Source: Octopus vulgaris
Taxonomy: Eukaryota
Direction of reading: 5' to 3'
Length of the DNA stretch: 64,000 nucleotides
Assembly: GCA_951406725.2 (NCBI GenBank)
Contig: OX597815.1
Span: forward strand, 89,652,001 to 89,716,000
In this document: positions 1 to 14,340 of the stretch, piece by piece
How positions within the stretch are numbered: the first letter of the stretch is position 1
How the letters are laid out: each line of letters begins with the position of its first letter
Notes under the pieces: generated by a model
What the model was told of the DNA's origin: nothing
Databases searched by the model: none
The model's input: only the letters and a program-made list of their open reading frames with translations
Translations under genes and position numbers: made by a program

Positions 1-170
1 CCAGTCGATTAAATCGCCCCGAGTATGCAATTAGTACTTAATTTATCGACCCCGAAAGGATGAAAGGCAAAGTCGACGTCGGCGGAATTTGAACTCAGAA
101 TGTAAAGACAGACGAAATACTGCTAAGTATTTCGCCCGGCGTGCTAACGTTTCTGCCAGCTCGCTGCCTT
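1..170 (-). mobile_element. SINE family A (tRNA-like head plus central GCCTTTCATCCTTTCGGGGTCGATAAA domain), 3' part off-window
   Basis: Reverse complement matches copies at 11997, 19126, 38816 and 59988; B-box-like GAGTTCAAATTCC. Confidence 0.85.
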
Positions 171-2229
171 AGAGATGTAATATATTGTAGCAAAACTGCG
201 GTCCGCCGTGTAACGTAATAAATTTATATTTACCGTATTTTACGTTTTATATAATTAATCTATATTTACGCTCGGGCTTTGAGAATGTTCTTGGATCGTT
301 TTTTCCCGAAAATATTTTTCGCAGCACTCCAGGAATCTCTCACGGGACATCACTGCGTCGCGGAACACAGTTTGGCAGATACTGCTCAACCTGATATGAA
401 CTATATCGAGACCCACCCTAAACTCCCGAACCGAACAGTAACCAACTCTCTATGTCACATAGTAAACAACTCAAATCAATAAGAGCGTTTCCTTCAAAAT
501 CCACCAAACCTCTCGAATTGTCTATATCTTCACGCATTATCGAGGTTTGAAAATGCTATGCTGAGTAAAAAAAAAAAATCTACTTTAAATACATACTGAT
601 TTTAAAAAGCAGCCAATTCAAGGTGGTATAAAAGCATGTGATTTTACGATCTATTTGTTCGTGTAATTTCTCCACATTTTACGTTATCTTCAAATCACAC
701 TGCCTTAATTCTCCCCGAGTTCAACTTAAGTACCAGTTAGGTACAGAATTAGCTCAAGCGACTAAATTTACCTTTCTCTAAGTTTCATTCCTTGTGCCAA
801 TATTGGAAAGTTTATTATACTCTAATCAAGTGTTGATTTATATATTTCCACGCTCACTTTTATTGTCTTTTTTTTTTGCTGTTTAAGTATCAATTATATT
901 CTTCTTTCATACCTCGTTAAATTATTTCGTCTCTTTTTCATGATGATTGAATTAGAATGCTGTTCCCACATTTACTTGTAAATTCGCCCCTCTTGTGTAT
1001 ACTATTTTACTGCAAGCCTCACTCCCTAGTAGGAAGCCATCGAATACAACAATCAATTGAATACTATTAATTATCAAATATAGGTCTACAAGGAACAAAT
1101 AATTCTAGAAAGGTGTTTCACAATGTACCGTTTCAAATTGCTATTTCATTGTGTATTTTCACAAACAATCTCTGGTCACTTGAAGACGATCGGTGATTGT
1201 TTGAGAATGTGCTGTCAACTTAAGTTCATTTCTTGTTAGTCATTTCGTTCAGACTTTATAATGTTAAATACAACATTCTACTAAAGTGCAGATAAACCAC
1301 TTGAGTACTTTACTAATGAAGTCCTTATTAGCAGAATTGTTTCATTTACCATATACAATACTGTGCTATACGGATTAATATTTCTTTCTGATAAAACTAT
1401 TCAACCATCATGTCAGACTTGTACACCTTTAGAAATTATATATTGTTTACCTATGTAATTTTTAACAGGAGTACATGTACATTATATACAAGTACACCGT
1501 TCTATTTGAAATTACCAATTATTAGTCTATCTAAAGCGATCACAAATGGAATGACATCTGCTACTGCTAAATGAATCAGGTTTCTTTTCAGTAGGTTGTT
1601 ATTAAATAACATGAAGAGACGAAGCTACTGCTCTATCGACTTGGTTATGTTCTCAATTGTTTGTTTCACCATAAATACTATTTGTTGCTAATATTTTTCT
1701 TTATATATTTTTTCCACCAAACTAATCTTTTTCACACTCCCAAATCTGGTACTTGAAATTGCTGTTAAATTACACTATTTATACCAAAATATCCATTGCA
1801 TCATAAATTTATAAACCATACAAATCTATCAATATTTCCTTCGAAAGTAATTGTTTATTTTCCCGATATATCAGTGAGAGAAATTTGCTTTTAAATGTTA
1901 TTTGATACGAATAAAAATCTATTTATTGCCATAAATAATGATTTCTTGAATACCAAAAGAAACGAAAATGCAATATGAAAAACATATGTCTTACTAAGTA
2001 TAATGGTGTATATCTGCTTTGTAAGCGTATACTGAATTTTATAGTTGTCCTAATGCCACAGAAGTAGAAATAGGTTACATTTTGAATGAACCTAAACTGA
2101 GAAATTTTCAACTTGGATATGGAAAAATCAATTTTAATGGGAACTATTATCTAGCAGGTTGAATAGGTTTCAGAAATACTTTCTCTTAGAAAAAAGAAAA
2201 GAAATCACATCGGAAATGATACACTATCT

Positions 2230-2267
2230 ATCATCATCATGACTACTACTACCACCCCCACAACCAT

Positions 2268-2363
<96 letters not shown>
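2230..2363. repeat. Compound trinucleotide microsatellite (ATC)/(ACC)/(ACT)n/(GCT)n
   Basis: Directly visible. Confidence 0.95.
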
Positions 2364-2747
2364 ATGCCGTATTGCTATCAACGAGAATTGTTCTATGTAA
2401 TTTTGTGTAACAATTGACTAGTAATTCATATACTTTATTTGAAGAATGGTCTCTTATTAATCTTTTGGAATATTTGTTTATGCCGTTACAAAATATATTC
2501 TAATGGAAATTACTTTTTAAATTTCATTTACAGAAAAATATAAAACGTTACCCGAGAGGAAAACGGCTTACTCAGGTTAATGTATTCGACGTGTATCGAA
2601 ATGCGAACTCTTTATGTACATCAGTACATCAAAAGAGAATATCACCAGCATAATGCAGTAACTTTCAGAATCCCACCTGAAAATACGATTGGTCAAAAGT
2701 TTGACTATCCATTTTGCTTTGAGTCATTCAAATATTATATTCACTCT

Positions 2748-2970
2748 GAAGGCGACGAATTCGCAGGATCATTAAAACGCCAGGAAAAACGCCTAGCAGC
2801 ATTTCGTCTGCCCCTATGTTCTATGTTAAAATGCCACCGGGGTCGACGTCGCCTTTTATCCTCTCGGGTTTGATGATATAAGTGTCGATTGATGAGTGGG
2901 ATCAATGTAACCGACGAAGTCCCTCTCCCAAAACTGCTGGTTTTGTGCCGAAATTTGAAGCCAATATTAT
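2748..2970 (+). mobile_element. Diverged SINE family A copy, tail type 2
   Basis: Degenerate head and central domain, ends ccctctccc...tgtgccgaaatttgaagccaatatt. Confidence 0.7.
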
Positions 2971-3602
2971 ATCCATTTTGTTATTATGCAATTTAGATAT
3001 CTACCTGATATTTTTAGAATCTAAAGCATATGGTGCAATAATTCTAACTATAGTGTAACTATATCATGAAAACCAACATTAGAATGCGAATTTGGTTTCT
3101 ACTTTCAAAATCCAACATGATCCTGGTGAGCCTGTATATTTATCCGGAACTAAATCCCGGAAAGTTTTTATTAACATTGCTTAATATAGAATGTATATGA
3201 ACGTGGCACTAATTTGTTTTTTACTTTACTAGTGGTTATTTCAGTGTATTTCTGTAAGATGTACCGATTTAGGCGAGAAACATTCAAGGTTTGGTTTTTC
3301 CCTGTAGACATAAAATTGTTTTTGACGGTATAAATACAATGGACATTTCAATCGGTAATTAAAATACAATGAACTAAAAAACTTAGTAAGACAAACTTCA
3401 TGACTGATTTCTAATATATAAATACGGCAATTTATAAATGTATTAATGACTTCGAAATAAATAACACGGAAAAGAGAGCTTGGTGTTAAATTTATAGCTT
3501 ACTCAAGTAAGTTTATACTGTTACACTCTCACGTTTAAACGCTACATAATAGCTTGTCTGTGTTCACATACACACACACAAACACACGTGCACACACACA
3601 CA

Positions 3603-3662
<60 letters not shown>

Positions 3663-4074
3663 AATTAAGCAGAAAGTGGAGAAAATTCTTGGTCAACAAA
3701 CAAATTGACTATCATGCTTATTATTTTTTAATACTAAGCTTGATCATTGCTAACAGCTGTTTTTGCTTGCAATGTCTGTCAGCGCTGCCAAACAAAATTC
3801 TGAGAATAATATTCGTCATATTCTATAGCACATCCGATCTGATACATGAAACTTCATCGGAGTGAAGAAAATACATAAAATAAAAGAAGTGGGAAGAAAG
3901 GGGCTTCGAAATAACGAAATAAGGCTTAATATATTTCAATCCGACCATTTTCCAGTCGTTGAGCAAATGATTAAACTAGAAAATTAATTGGTGGGTTAAT
4001 CATTCTTTAGGGGTAACAGGGTGTATGAATTATAAAAAAATAAAATAAGTACTTTAGTACGTTGTTGGGAGGTA

Positions 4075-7000
4075 TCGAATGGCCTCACCAGGTGCCGAGC
4101 TGCAAGCCGACTGACTAATCACGGTTAATCTCAGCTCCTGCCACCGCCTCGTAATCCTTAATGGCATCGTCTATCCTCTGTAGGTGTTCCACTTCGGGCA
4201 CGATGATGGTGATGTCCGCATATGCCGAATCTGACTTTCTACAACCGAGATCTCGCGGGATGCCCCTCATGCCCTCCAACTCCCGCAGTAAAGGCTCCAA
4301 AGCCAGCACATGCAGATAGCGATGTTCAAACTTACCAGGAAGTCTACTTACCCTCTCTAAGGTATAGCGTAGAAGATGAAGATCGTCCTGGATGGATCTC
4401 CCGGAAATGGCGCAAGTTTACGTTTCTCCGATGTGTCCCCCCGTGACATACACCAACTTTTTTGCTAATAGCTTAGCCAAAATCTTCAACTCTGAGTTAA
4501 GCAGAGTGATGGGCCAGAAATTGTCTATCTCATCCTCCCTTGTTTGGGTCCTTTCTTAGCAGTACCACGACCCATCTCCGGCTCACAGATTTGGGAATAA
4601 ACCCGTTCTTCTGCCTGTTTGTGTAGATGCATGCCAGTAGGTGCCCAAACAAGTCTGACATTCTGTAATAAAGCTCGTAGGGAAGACCATCCTGTCCCGG
4701 GGGCTTGTGCCCGGCGCACTCTTATAAGGCCTCTTCCACTTCCGCAGGTGTGATCGGTTCCTCACAGCATTCCGCTTTCCGTCCCGAAAGACGCGGCAAA
4801 GCGGCAAGAAAGTCCACGCGGTCCATCATATGCTACGGTCTACCCGAAAAGCTGGGCGAAATGTTTCTGAAAAACTTTATACATTTCCTCAGGTTCGGTT
4901 GTCAAACGCTCATGCTAATTCTTCAAATACCTTATTGTGGTATCATTGCCACGTTGGGTCTCTACCTCACGTGCCCATCCGTCAGCATTGATTCCCTCTC
5001 GTCCCACTGCACGTAGATTAGATCTGACAACGCAACCCTTGTGTTTGGCCTCGAGGTGTTGGTTTAGCGCCAATCTCACGACCATCACTTGGGACGCATT
5101 GCCAGTACTCAGTGCCTCTTCGAAAGCCTTAATTAAGTCGCTTTCCATTCTAATCTTTCTACGAGCTAACTCTCTGCTAAACCTAACAGACTCAAATTTG
5201 ATGGCTCTTTTGAGGGCATACTACCATTTATTATTAATAATGGCACCAGTTAATGCCCTCAAAAATAATTGCCTAATCCGAATCCTGTACTTCTGACAAT
5301 CCTATAGGGATATGTTCAGTTCCCAGTAGCCGGATCCTTGTCAACTTAATCTATCTAAGTCTAATCTACAGGTCACAAATTTGTGATCACTGTAGTTGGC
5401 GTGATGGAAACATGCTCACTTAACTAAATCTTTATCTAGTTTCCTAACAATAATTCTATCTATGTAAGACCTGAAAGATCCGTCGCTATTAGCCCAAGTT
5501 CACACTGGAGCGTCCGGAAATTCTAGTCTGTAACGATCTGCCAGCTGAAAGCGACTGAACAGGTCGTTGAAGCATGAGTTACCCCTCCTCAAAGAAGTTG
5601 AGCCAACATAATCTACACGTGCATCACAGATTGTGTTAAAGTTTCCTAACAAGACTAAAGTGTGTGACGTACCTAGAAAATTTTCAAGACATTGAAAAAA
5701 GTCGGACTGTCCCATTCTCCAAGGAGCATAGACAGCCACCAACCTGAAGGACTTACTATTGCTGTGCATCATATCAACGGCGACCACCCTGCCTTCCGGG
5801 TCAACAAATATTGTTCTTACCTGTAATTCTAAAGCCTTCCGGAGAAGAAACACGAAATACCACCCCTTCCTGCCGGTTGACACGGAGAAATAATTTTCTC
5901 GTAGTCGTTTAGCTGGGGTGAGAAAGCCTGCGGTCCACTCAATCTGGCTTCACCCAGTCTATGCGACCTGCGATCGTTACAGAGGTAACCCTACTTTCTA
6001 TCGATCCCAGGCCGCGCACATTTATAAATACTACATTTAGGGAAGCCAAAAGAGCGGTCTTACCTTTATTGGAGGAGGTTAACCCTCCTCATCACCAGTG
6101 GTCGGTGGAGACACGTTGATGAGTCTATTGTACAAAGCTGTTAAAAAGTTTTTTCTTGGAGGGCTAACCACCTCAGGAAATAATTTTCAAAACTTTTGTG
6201 GTTGGCCCTATCGATGTAAATAAAATGTATGTGGGTGGGAATGTCACTGATATCAGGACTAGTAAACGTTTGTACGTTTTGTAACGTGGCAATTTCCTTT
6301 TTTAACATTTCATAGATTGTATCATAAGTAGTAATATAACTTATTTGAAGGGTGGCGGTGGGAAAAATTGAGGGTTCTGCGTGTTTGCATGTATGTTTGT
6401 AGCTGTGTTAGAGTTAGCGGGTTAACTGGTGACTGTGCGAGCCGTTTGGGTGTCAATGTATGTGGGCATGGGCTGAGGACAAGTGTCCGTGGAAGAAGGG
6501 TGGGATCTTTTCTTTTTCCTCCTGGATACTGTACTCCATTCACTGTCCAAAGCGCGCGCTTCTCGTTTCTTTTCATATTGTGCTGCTCCTCCCTGCTAGT
6601 CTCTTTGACCACTGGCGCTATAGGAGGTGCGGCTATTTCCGCAGCGGGTGGGGAATCTTTTATTTCACTGGTAGAGAGCACTCGGATTTTATGTGCCCCT
6701 TTTGGCCGCCGCATTTAAAACATCTTGGCTTTCTGTACTCCACCATTACTCTCAGGATCGTTTCCTCCCCTACCCGTATGGTGTCTGCAATCAATTCTAG
6801 GTCATCCTGCGAAGCCGCCTGTAATAATATTTCTAGCCCTTGACCCTACCAATTTTGTTGGTGAATTTTCGTGGCATGAAAGATTGTCACTTTATCATCC
6901 AAGCCCAAAACGACAGCGGCGACCAGCCAAGCAACATCAACTTCCGATGGGATTTCTCCCACCTTCACCTTGGAAGATTGCCTTCCCAAGTAGGTAGGCA

Positions 7001-7680
7001 GGAGTACCACTTCGTTCGATCTCAGAGGTGAAGCTGTGTGTTGCCTGGCCTTATCTTCACTTGCGAATCGAACCTCTATTGTTGCAAACCGATTCCCTTT
7101 GGCAAGCTACATATCTTGCCAGATTGGTTGTAGGCATATTCCCGCATGTTCTTTTATTATTCTATCCAGTTTTCTCTCCTTAATTGATACTGTCTTAAAA
7201 ATGATGGTCTTCCGTACGGTATCATGCAGAACCTCGCTGGGAGGGGTAAGTTTGATCTCATATCACTCTCGTTGAAACATTCTTTTAAATTTGCCTAGAT
7301 CTTGGTTTTCAAGATTCAAGTTTTCCATGTTGACGCTGGCAACAGCCTCAAAGTTGCTAACTTTTTGTTTTCCACCTGTAATTTTCATTTCTGTCGTGTC
7401 TTTTAACAATTCTCTTTTTAACTCCTGGACTTGTTTATTCAAATCTTCGTCCTACGAAGACACATCTGATGAGCTTATGCTGAACATAATGAGAAGAAAA
7501 TTTTCAAAGAAGGGAAATATTCCCCCAATGGGGAAACCGTTAACAAATCTGCCAAAAGACAGAAAAATATAGTGTTTCGAAAGAAACACAATAAAAGTTC
7601 AACAAAACGGCAGTGAATCAAACGATAATTTCAAAAAAAATCACAATAATTACCAAAATACGTCCAAACCAACCGATCAA
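4075..7680 (-). mobile_element. Tx1/L1-like non-LTR retrotransposon E1, two ORFs, decayed and internally deleted
   Basis: ORF2 remnants: APE motifs INVRGL (about 6030), FRLVAVYAP, GNFN; RT-region PITLLNSELKILAK (about 4500), LEPLL and AYAD. ORF1 remnants at 6060-7500 (RFATIEVRF, LLPTYLGR, degenerate knuckle). Confidence 0.85.
4080..6050 (-). pseudogene. E1 ORF2 (APE endonuclease / reverse transcriptase), frameshifted
   Basis: ORFs 5500-5883, 4915-5148 and 4115-4309 carry APE and RT motifs in different frames. Confidence 0.85.
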
Positions 7681-7697
7681 TTTCAGATGATTATAAC

Positions 7698-9500
7698 ATT
7701 ATTTCATTTTATTGGCCAAAATGGTCCTACAGAGAAGGGACGAACAAGGACAGACAAGACAGCACAAATGGGGACAAAAAACATAACGGATGAATGAAAT
7801 GAAATTATATAAAAATGAAGATGTAATGGCTACTCGATCCCACGTTCGAGTTGTACCATTTTAACTATATTTTCCACTTTTAAAATCCTACGTTTATCCA
7901 AATAATTATTTTAGTAAATGAAATGTGGTTTCAATTTTTCAAATCCCACCATAGGTGGCAATTGATCACATCTTATCTCTAACCCTAATGAGTTTACGTC
8001 ATCTCCAAAGTTTGCTTTTCATTTTTTATATGCATTCCATACCTGGAACTCGTATGTTATCCTCTTCTGTAACTCTTATGTTATCCTCTTCTGTAACTCT
8101 TATGTTATCCTCTTCTGTAACTCTTATCACTGACTTCATTTTCCCGATTTTTTCTTCTGTAGCCGCATTTGTCCAATACTTTGTTAAATGCATCCTATAC
8201 TTGTAATTGTTCTGTGTTTCTTGTGTGTCTGCTTCTGTACCTGCTTTTGTGTATTCAATTGGGGAATCTGTACTGTTAGAATTTGTTCGTGTATACCCAC
8301 CTGAAGTGTCTGTGAGTGCTTGTGAATATTTTATTGCAGTTACTGGGCTGTATGTGCGTGGTTGTGTATATTTACTTGGGGACTCTGGGCTGTCTGCGAT
8401 AATTCTTGTGTGTTTTGTTGTAATGTGGAATGCTGTGTGGGTGTTTATGTGCCACTTAGTTCTTTCTTTTTCTATATTTAGAGTTCTATGGGGGTGGGGA
8501 GTTTTTGATGTCTTTCCTCTTCCTGTTCTGTATTCCTTGGACTTCATCTCTGATTCTCGCATCTGTCTCCTCCGTACCTTCCTTCAGCTTCTCGTCCCTG
8601 CTACTTCCCTCTTATCTCACCTTCATGAACGTTTGGTTGTTAGGAAGGGGGAAATTTGCCTTAATATGGCCCTCTTCTCTGCAGTGGTAGCATGTGGGAG
8701 GTCATCCCTCTACTACCACATGCAGCTTCACATACTCTGGCAACTCTATTTCTTCTGTTTTTCCTTCTAGGTCTAGTCTGGTGGCCTGGATTATGTCTTC
8801 TGCACCATATCCTCATCAGTTCAGCTGTTTAGTACGGCTCATCTACAGCACTTGATGGTCGTCCTTTGTGTCTATTAGGATAGTTGCTAGCAGCCACATC
8901 TCGTTGATCTCTGGGGTCACCCTGCCAATCCTCACTGTCGCTAAATGTTTCCCGAGGTATGTTGGCAGGAGTGCCCATTTTTCTGTTTTCAAGCTTGTAG
9001 TGGAGTGATTTGCTGCCTCCTCCACAGTCGGGGACCGCACCTCCACTATACCACACTTCCTTCCTTCCTCTATAGTAGAGTTCCATGTTACTTATCTTTT
9101 TCAAGCATTCTTCCAAATCTTCATCGTTCTCCATTTCTATTTTCTTATTTGCCAGTGAAAGGGTTCTGTAGACCACTGGTTTTTCGTTTTTGTTTCTTGT
9201 TATTTCTTCCGGTGGCGTGAATTTCAATCTTGACCCTTCTCTTTGTATCAGCTTTTTGCTGTTTTTCCCCATTTCGAAGTCGACTGGCACATTCCTGACT
9301 TCCAACTGTCTCACAGTCGCTGCAATATTATCTCGGCCTGCTACTGAAGCTAGCTTCTGGCACGCGCTTGCGATTCCTCCATGCTCACTGCAATTTTCGC
9401 CCCCACTGGGGGAGAAAACACGAGAAAAACAAACAATACAAGTTAAACAATTACCAACAACAGCGATGCCATTGAACGAAACTCCTTTCTAGCAATCCTC
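7698..9500 (-). mobile_element. ORF1-only Tx1-like element E2, head-to-tail with E1
   Basis: ORF1 motifs REGSRLKFTPP, EVR, LLPTYLGK, VVVEG.PPTCYHCREEGHIKAN; no ORF2 before the 3' hairpin (7825-7860) and tail (7700-7760); 5' hairpin at 9394-9418. Confidence 0.75.
8047..8125 (-). repeat. 24-bp minisatellite, about 3 copies (IRVTEEDN), inside E2
   Basis: tatgttatcctcttctgtaactct repeated. Confidence 0.9.
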
Positions 9501-9678
9501 GGTAACTAGAATTCACATCTACAGACCTTGTTCAGGTAAACCAAATAAAAATCACATATACACACTCAGAAACACAGACACAAACACACAGAGGTACGCA
9601 AACACATAAACACACAAAGCTCAGGCACACATATACATGTCTATACATACAATTACATGGATACATGTTTATGTGTAC

Positions 9679-9756
<78 letters not shown>

Positions 9757-10084
9757 ATGTTTTGCACCGAAAGCTAACAAGAGAGTTACTCTCATAGTAA
9801 CTGCCAAAGTATTGTTTTCCCATAGAACATCCACTTGTGAATGGGGATAAGTATTATTGTTTGGCGTTACTTCGGCTTCTGTTCCTAATAATCATTTTTA
9901 AAATGCCCATTATATATATATATATATATACAAACAAATATATATATACATACACATTTATGTATATTTACATATATATATATATATATACACATATATT
10001 CATGCATATATACATACACATTCATATATTCATATACATAAATACACATATATGCAGATATATGTAAGTGTGTGTGTGTATATA

Positions 10085-10127
<43 letters not shown>

Positions 10128-10330
10128 CATTTCTAAGAAATCAGAATCTGGGCTTTTATATTTATATATTTCTATCGAGTTACTAAGTAAATATTGTTGA
10201 GACGTAATAGTATAGTGTGTTACATTTCTTGATATAGTTAAAGCATTTATAGTATAGTGTCGTGTTTTTGAGTGATTCTGATATTTTACCACGACTGTTT
10301 GAAACACACACACACACACAAACTCAGACG

Positions 10331-10392
<62 letters not shown>

Positions 10393-10627
10393 TACGTAAA
10401 AAAGTGACATTATTAAGCCGGTCCCTAGTTTTATGGCCTTTATTAAGCTTCGGCTACAGAAGAAAACATTTAGATTGATTGTGAAAATAAGGTGACAGCT
10501 TGCACGAATAAACGAATATATTAGATATGAATACACACAGACACGCGCACGCGCACGCTGATGCACACACATGCACACGGACAAACACATATACTTATGT
10601 ATATGTGAATGTAGATGTGTATTATTT

Positions 10628-10825
10628 TCTTTTACTTCATTCAGTCAATTGACTGCGGCCATGCTGTAAAATCGATCTCAGGTCTTCTTTGTAAACCTAG
10701 TATTTATTCTATCGGTCTCTTTTGCCGAACCGCTAAGTTACGGGGACCCGCATCGGTTGTCAAGCGATGGTGTAGAAACACAGAGATACAAATACACAAA
10801 CATGCACACACACACAAGTACACAC

Positions 10826-10886
<61 letters not shown>

Positions 10887-11001
10887 CTGCCAAATCCACT
10901 CACAAATCTTTGGTCGCCCCGAGGTTATAATAGATAACACTTGCCCAAAGTGCCACGCACAGTGGGACTGAACCCGGAACCACACATCCACTCCAGCGCC
11001 T
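10628..11001 (-). mobile_element. SINE family B (tRNA-like head, CORE-like TTGGGCAAGTGT, internal TA/TG microsatellite)
   Basis: Reverse complement of the copy at 48558-49025. Confidence 0.8.
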
Positions 11002-11398
11002 ATGTGTTTGTGCATGTGTATATATACATATACACACACACATTTGAATCTCTAGAGAAGTTAATAACATTGTTTTATCAAAGAGTATTCTTACGATGTT
11101 AAGAAATATTTACTGCTAACCTCTGAAATGTTGGTAACTGAATACTTCTGTGGCGAAGAAAAACTTTCGATTACTTTTAGAGAATTAAATGATGCTTTCT
11201 TGCACAAATTAGAATCGTTAAAGTCCAAGATCAAATGTTAAAAAGAAGCACGAAGAAAGTTAAAGTAGTAATTAATGGACACATTAAGTTCTCACCTGTC
11301 TTGTTCTGGAGTTTGGTTTCTTCGTGATATCCTAGAATGTGACTAACAAAAATTTTAGTGGCAGAGTAAGTGAAAATTAGATTATTACGGTGGACAAA

Positions 11399-11440
<42 letters not shown>

Positions 11441-11841
11441 ATGTATATGTGTTTATGTGTGAGTGAGTGAGTGTATGTGAATGTGTGCGTGTGTTTGTAT
11501 ATGCATGTAACTATATGTGTGTGTATGTGTGTGTTATGTGTATATCTATGTGTGTGTATGTGTTCATCTACTTTTAACTATTTGACGTTTACCTGCAAAG
11601 CCGGCATTGGTTTGAGACAAGAAAAGCCCCATCGTTTGAATGTAGGTAAGAAAAACAATGTCGCACGTTGATGTATGCGTCTGTGTGTGTGTATATATAT
11701 ATATATATTATTATTATCATTATTATTTTATTATATTATATTGTGTGTGTGTGTATAGAAATTATACACGAAGGAAAAGCCACTAAGTGATTTTGCAACA
11801 CGCTAGAAATGGGAGTTAAATCCCAAATCACGAAAAAGCTA

Positions 11842-11992
11842 TATTTTTAGTTTACAACGTTGAATGTAGGCGGGCAGGACAATTTCATTAATTAGTGTAC
11901 TTGTTAAGGGCGAAGTACGGGAATGAGTAATCATTTTTCAATTCTCTCAAATTGTCCTGCCCGCCTACATTGAACGTGCTAAACTAAAAATA
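11842..11992. mobile_element. MITE / foldback with about 44-bp terminal inverted repeats
   Basis: tatttttagtttacaacgttgaatgtaggcgggcaggacaattt versus aaattgtcctgcccgcctacattgaacgtgctaaactaaaaata. Confidence 0.7.
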
Positions 11993-11996
11993 GTAA

Positions 11997-12320
11997 AAGG
12001 CGTCGATCTGGCAGAAACGTTAGCACGCTGGGCGAAATTCGTAGCCGTATTTCGTCTGCCGTTATGTTCTGAGTTCAAATTCCGCCGAGGTCCACTTTGC
12101 CTTTCATCCTTTCGGCGTCGATAAATTAAGTACCAGTTACGCACTGGTGTCGATGTAATCGACTTAATCTGTGTGTTCGTCCTTGTTTGTCCTCTCTGTG
12201 TTTAACCCCTTGTGGGTAGTAAAGAAATATTTATTTCGTCTCTCGCTACGTTCTGAGTTCAAATTCCGCCGAGGTCGACTTTGCCTTTGATCCTTGTGGG
12301 TAGTAAAGAAATAGAAATAG
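11997..12320 (+). mobile_element. SINE A composite: tail-type-1 copy followed by a 5'-truncated, internally deleted copy
   Basis: Tail ...gtagtaaagaaat is followed at 12231 by tatttcgtct...gttctgagttcaaattccgccgagg. Confidence 0.85.
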
Positions 12321-13640
12321 GCGGCTTCCTTATGAGTAATCTTTGAAAATCCAGACTTGGCTTGTCGCATCAAGTATTAGAACATGTTAAAATCATTTTG
12401 ATAAGCAATTATATTTGTACACTTTTCGATTGGTTAATCATGAGTTAGCTTCAAATGATTTCAAATGATTTCCTTTCGTTAATTAGAATTGTTTTTTCAC
12501 CATATTTCCGACATCAGTTTCTGCTGTAAAAATATGTAAGGGGTTTTAGAAATCAATTGCAGAACAAATTCATATCCAAAACTTGACATTCTTATATATA
12601 TATTTTTTTCACGATGGTCCCTTGCTATTAGCGAAAATTTCTATACAAGAAGTAATCATAAATGCAGTCTCTGCCTTGCTGAAAAATTCAACAATCTTTA
12701 TCTACAAATATCAGTTGTCAAACAATCGAAGTAAATTGGTGATAAATTATTTGAATTGATATAGAAAAAAACATTTAAATACTTTACTAATTAGTAGTTT
12801 TAGTATTAATTCATTTAAACAGATGGAAGATATAGGGAGCTCTATTAAAATATTTTCAAATTATACAATAAACAATTAACTAATTAGCACTAGTTTCCAA
12901 ATTCAATTACTAGCATGGCCTTTTGATTATTCTTCCTCTGCTAATCCACATAATTCTGTCAGTGTTTATTTGATTCAGTTATTAATATTTTAATATTTTT
13001 ATATGCTTTCTTTAATATTAAAATGATTTTAACTCGTTACCCTCTAACAATATTAGCTTCACTTTTTGGTACGTTTAAAAATCCTTTCAATACCCTATTT
13101 TTCTATGGTCTGACTCCTTATATTTATATTGCTTTTAGTATGAACGGTCAGTGAGACTATTATTTTGACTCCTGATAAACTTTTGTTTATTGTTGTTACC
13201 TGTACCCGATAGCCATAGTGTGTCTGCATACCCATGACCAGGGAAAGCACAGGTGATTGATACCAATAGCAAAATACCGATACTTTTATTCCTTAGCTGG
13301 GTACTATTATTTTGACCTAGCAATGTTTGCTTCTAATTCAAATAACAATATACTAATCTGAGTTTTAGAATCCAGTGTGGTCAAACAGAGTTTAAATGTG
13401 GATGGAACACTGGGCATATGATATTTCGTTATTTTCACCAATATCTTTTACTTCCTTTCTGTTATATTTCCAACTACGGATGATAGTTTAGGAATTTATT
13501 ATGGAGATGCTTATTTTATTGCAATAAGCACGTCTGTCTTTCATATACATCTTACTTTCCTTATGTATGTGTGTGTCTGCATGGTAGGGAGGAGCATGTA
13601 CATGTGCTAATATATATATACACACACACATATATATATA

Positions 13641-13687
<47 letters not shown>

Positions 13688-13689
<2 letters not shown>

Positions 13690-13895
13690 CGGATATTTGT
13701 CCCCATTTTATTCGTTGTTAACACAACGTTTCGACTGATATACCCTCTAGCCTTCATCAGGTGACTGGGGGAAATTTCGAACCTGGGCATTTCGAACCTC
13801 TAAGGTATTTTTCGATGTTGTTATTATTATTATGGTCACTGCCTGGTATCGAACTCTGAATCTTGGGGTTGGTAGCCCGCGCTCTAAACCACTAC

Positions 13896-13900
<5 letters not shown>
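13688..13900 (-). mobile_element. tRNA-headed SINE with hammerhead motif (family H), copy 1
   Basis: Near-identical reverse complement of 14336-14548; flanked by (TA)n. Confidence 0.8.
13722..13763 (-). ncRNA. Minimal type I hammerhead ribozyme motif
   Basis: CAC-CUGAUGA-aggcu...aguc-GAAA-CGUU-GUG. Confidence 0.65.
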
Positions 13901-13940
<40 letters not shown>

Positions 13941-13959
13941 GTGTGTGTGATTGTGTATA

Positions 13960-14291
13960 GAAGAATATATTAATAAAAAGAATTCCAACCTTGTCTGATT
14001 TTCACGTTTTATTTACAATCTTATAATGATATATTATAAGATAATATATTATAATTGAATAAAATAAAATGAAATAGTAGAATGTTAAATATTCATTCTG
14101 ATTGAACTAGTACTTTCATGCATTGAATTCTGCAATCTTCGGGTTCATGTAGTAGTGTTGACAGTCATGCTTCACAATTTTTGACTGTAGCAAGATGAGT
14201 GATTCTGTGCTATAAATACAGCTGGGTAGGCTCCAGAGTGCTAGGTTTTGCAAACTGTATTCTGACCAATCAGTGTGTAGTATCACTCACA

Positions 14292-14292
<1 letters not shown>
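13960..14292 (-). mobile_element. Probable solo pseudo-LTR of a Penelope-like element
   Basis: Inserted in (TA)n; contains a hammerhead motif with AATAAA downstream. Confidence 0.45.
14103..14147 (-). ncRNA. Minimal type I hammerhead ribozyme motif (CCGAAGA core variant)
   Basis: UGAAC-CCGAAGA-uugca..ugcau-GAAA-GUAC-UA-GUUCA: 5-bp stem I, palindromic stem III. Confidence 0.6.

Positions 14293-14335
<43 letters not shown>

Positions 14336-14340
<5 letters not shown>

Noticed and set aside
2045-3288. Possible small plus-strand host exons (2045-2157, 2534-2575, 3259-3288) with AG/GT ends
   Set aside because: Weak donor sites and no recognisable protein similarity; such signals arise by chance in AT-rich DNA and would need RNA-seq
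7465-7490. CTGATGA-GC-TTAT-GC-TGAAC hammerhead-like string
   Set aside because: No GAAA or stems I/III, and it is antisense within E1 ORF1
8207-8770. Hydrophobic plus-strand ORFs (also 31409-31963 and 56350-56835) resembling membrane proteins
   Set aside because: They are antisense shadows of the K/E/T-rich Tx1 ORF1 on the minus strand
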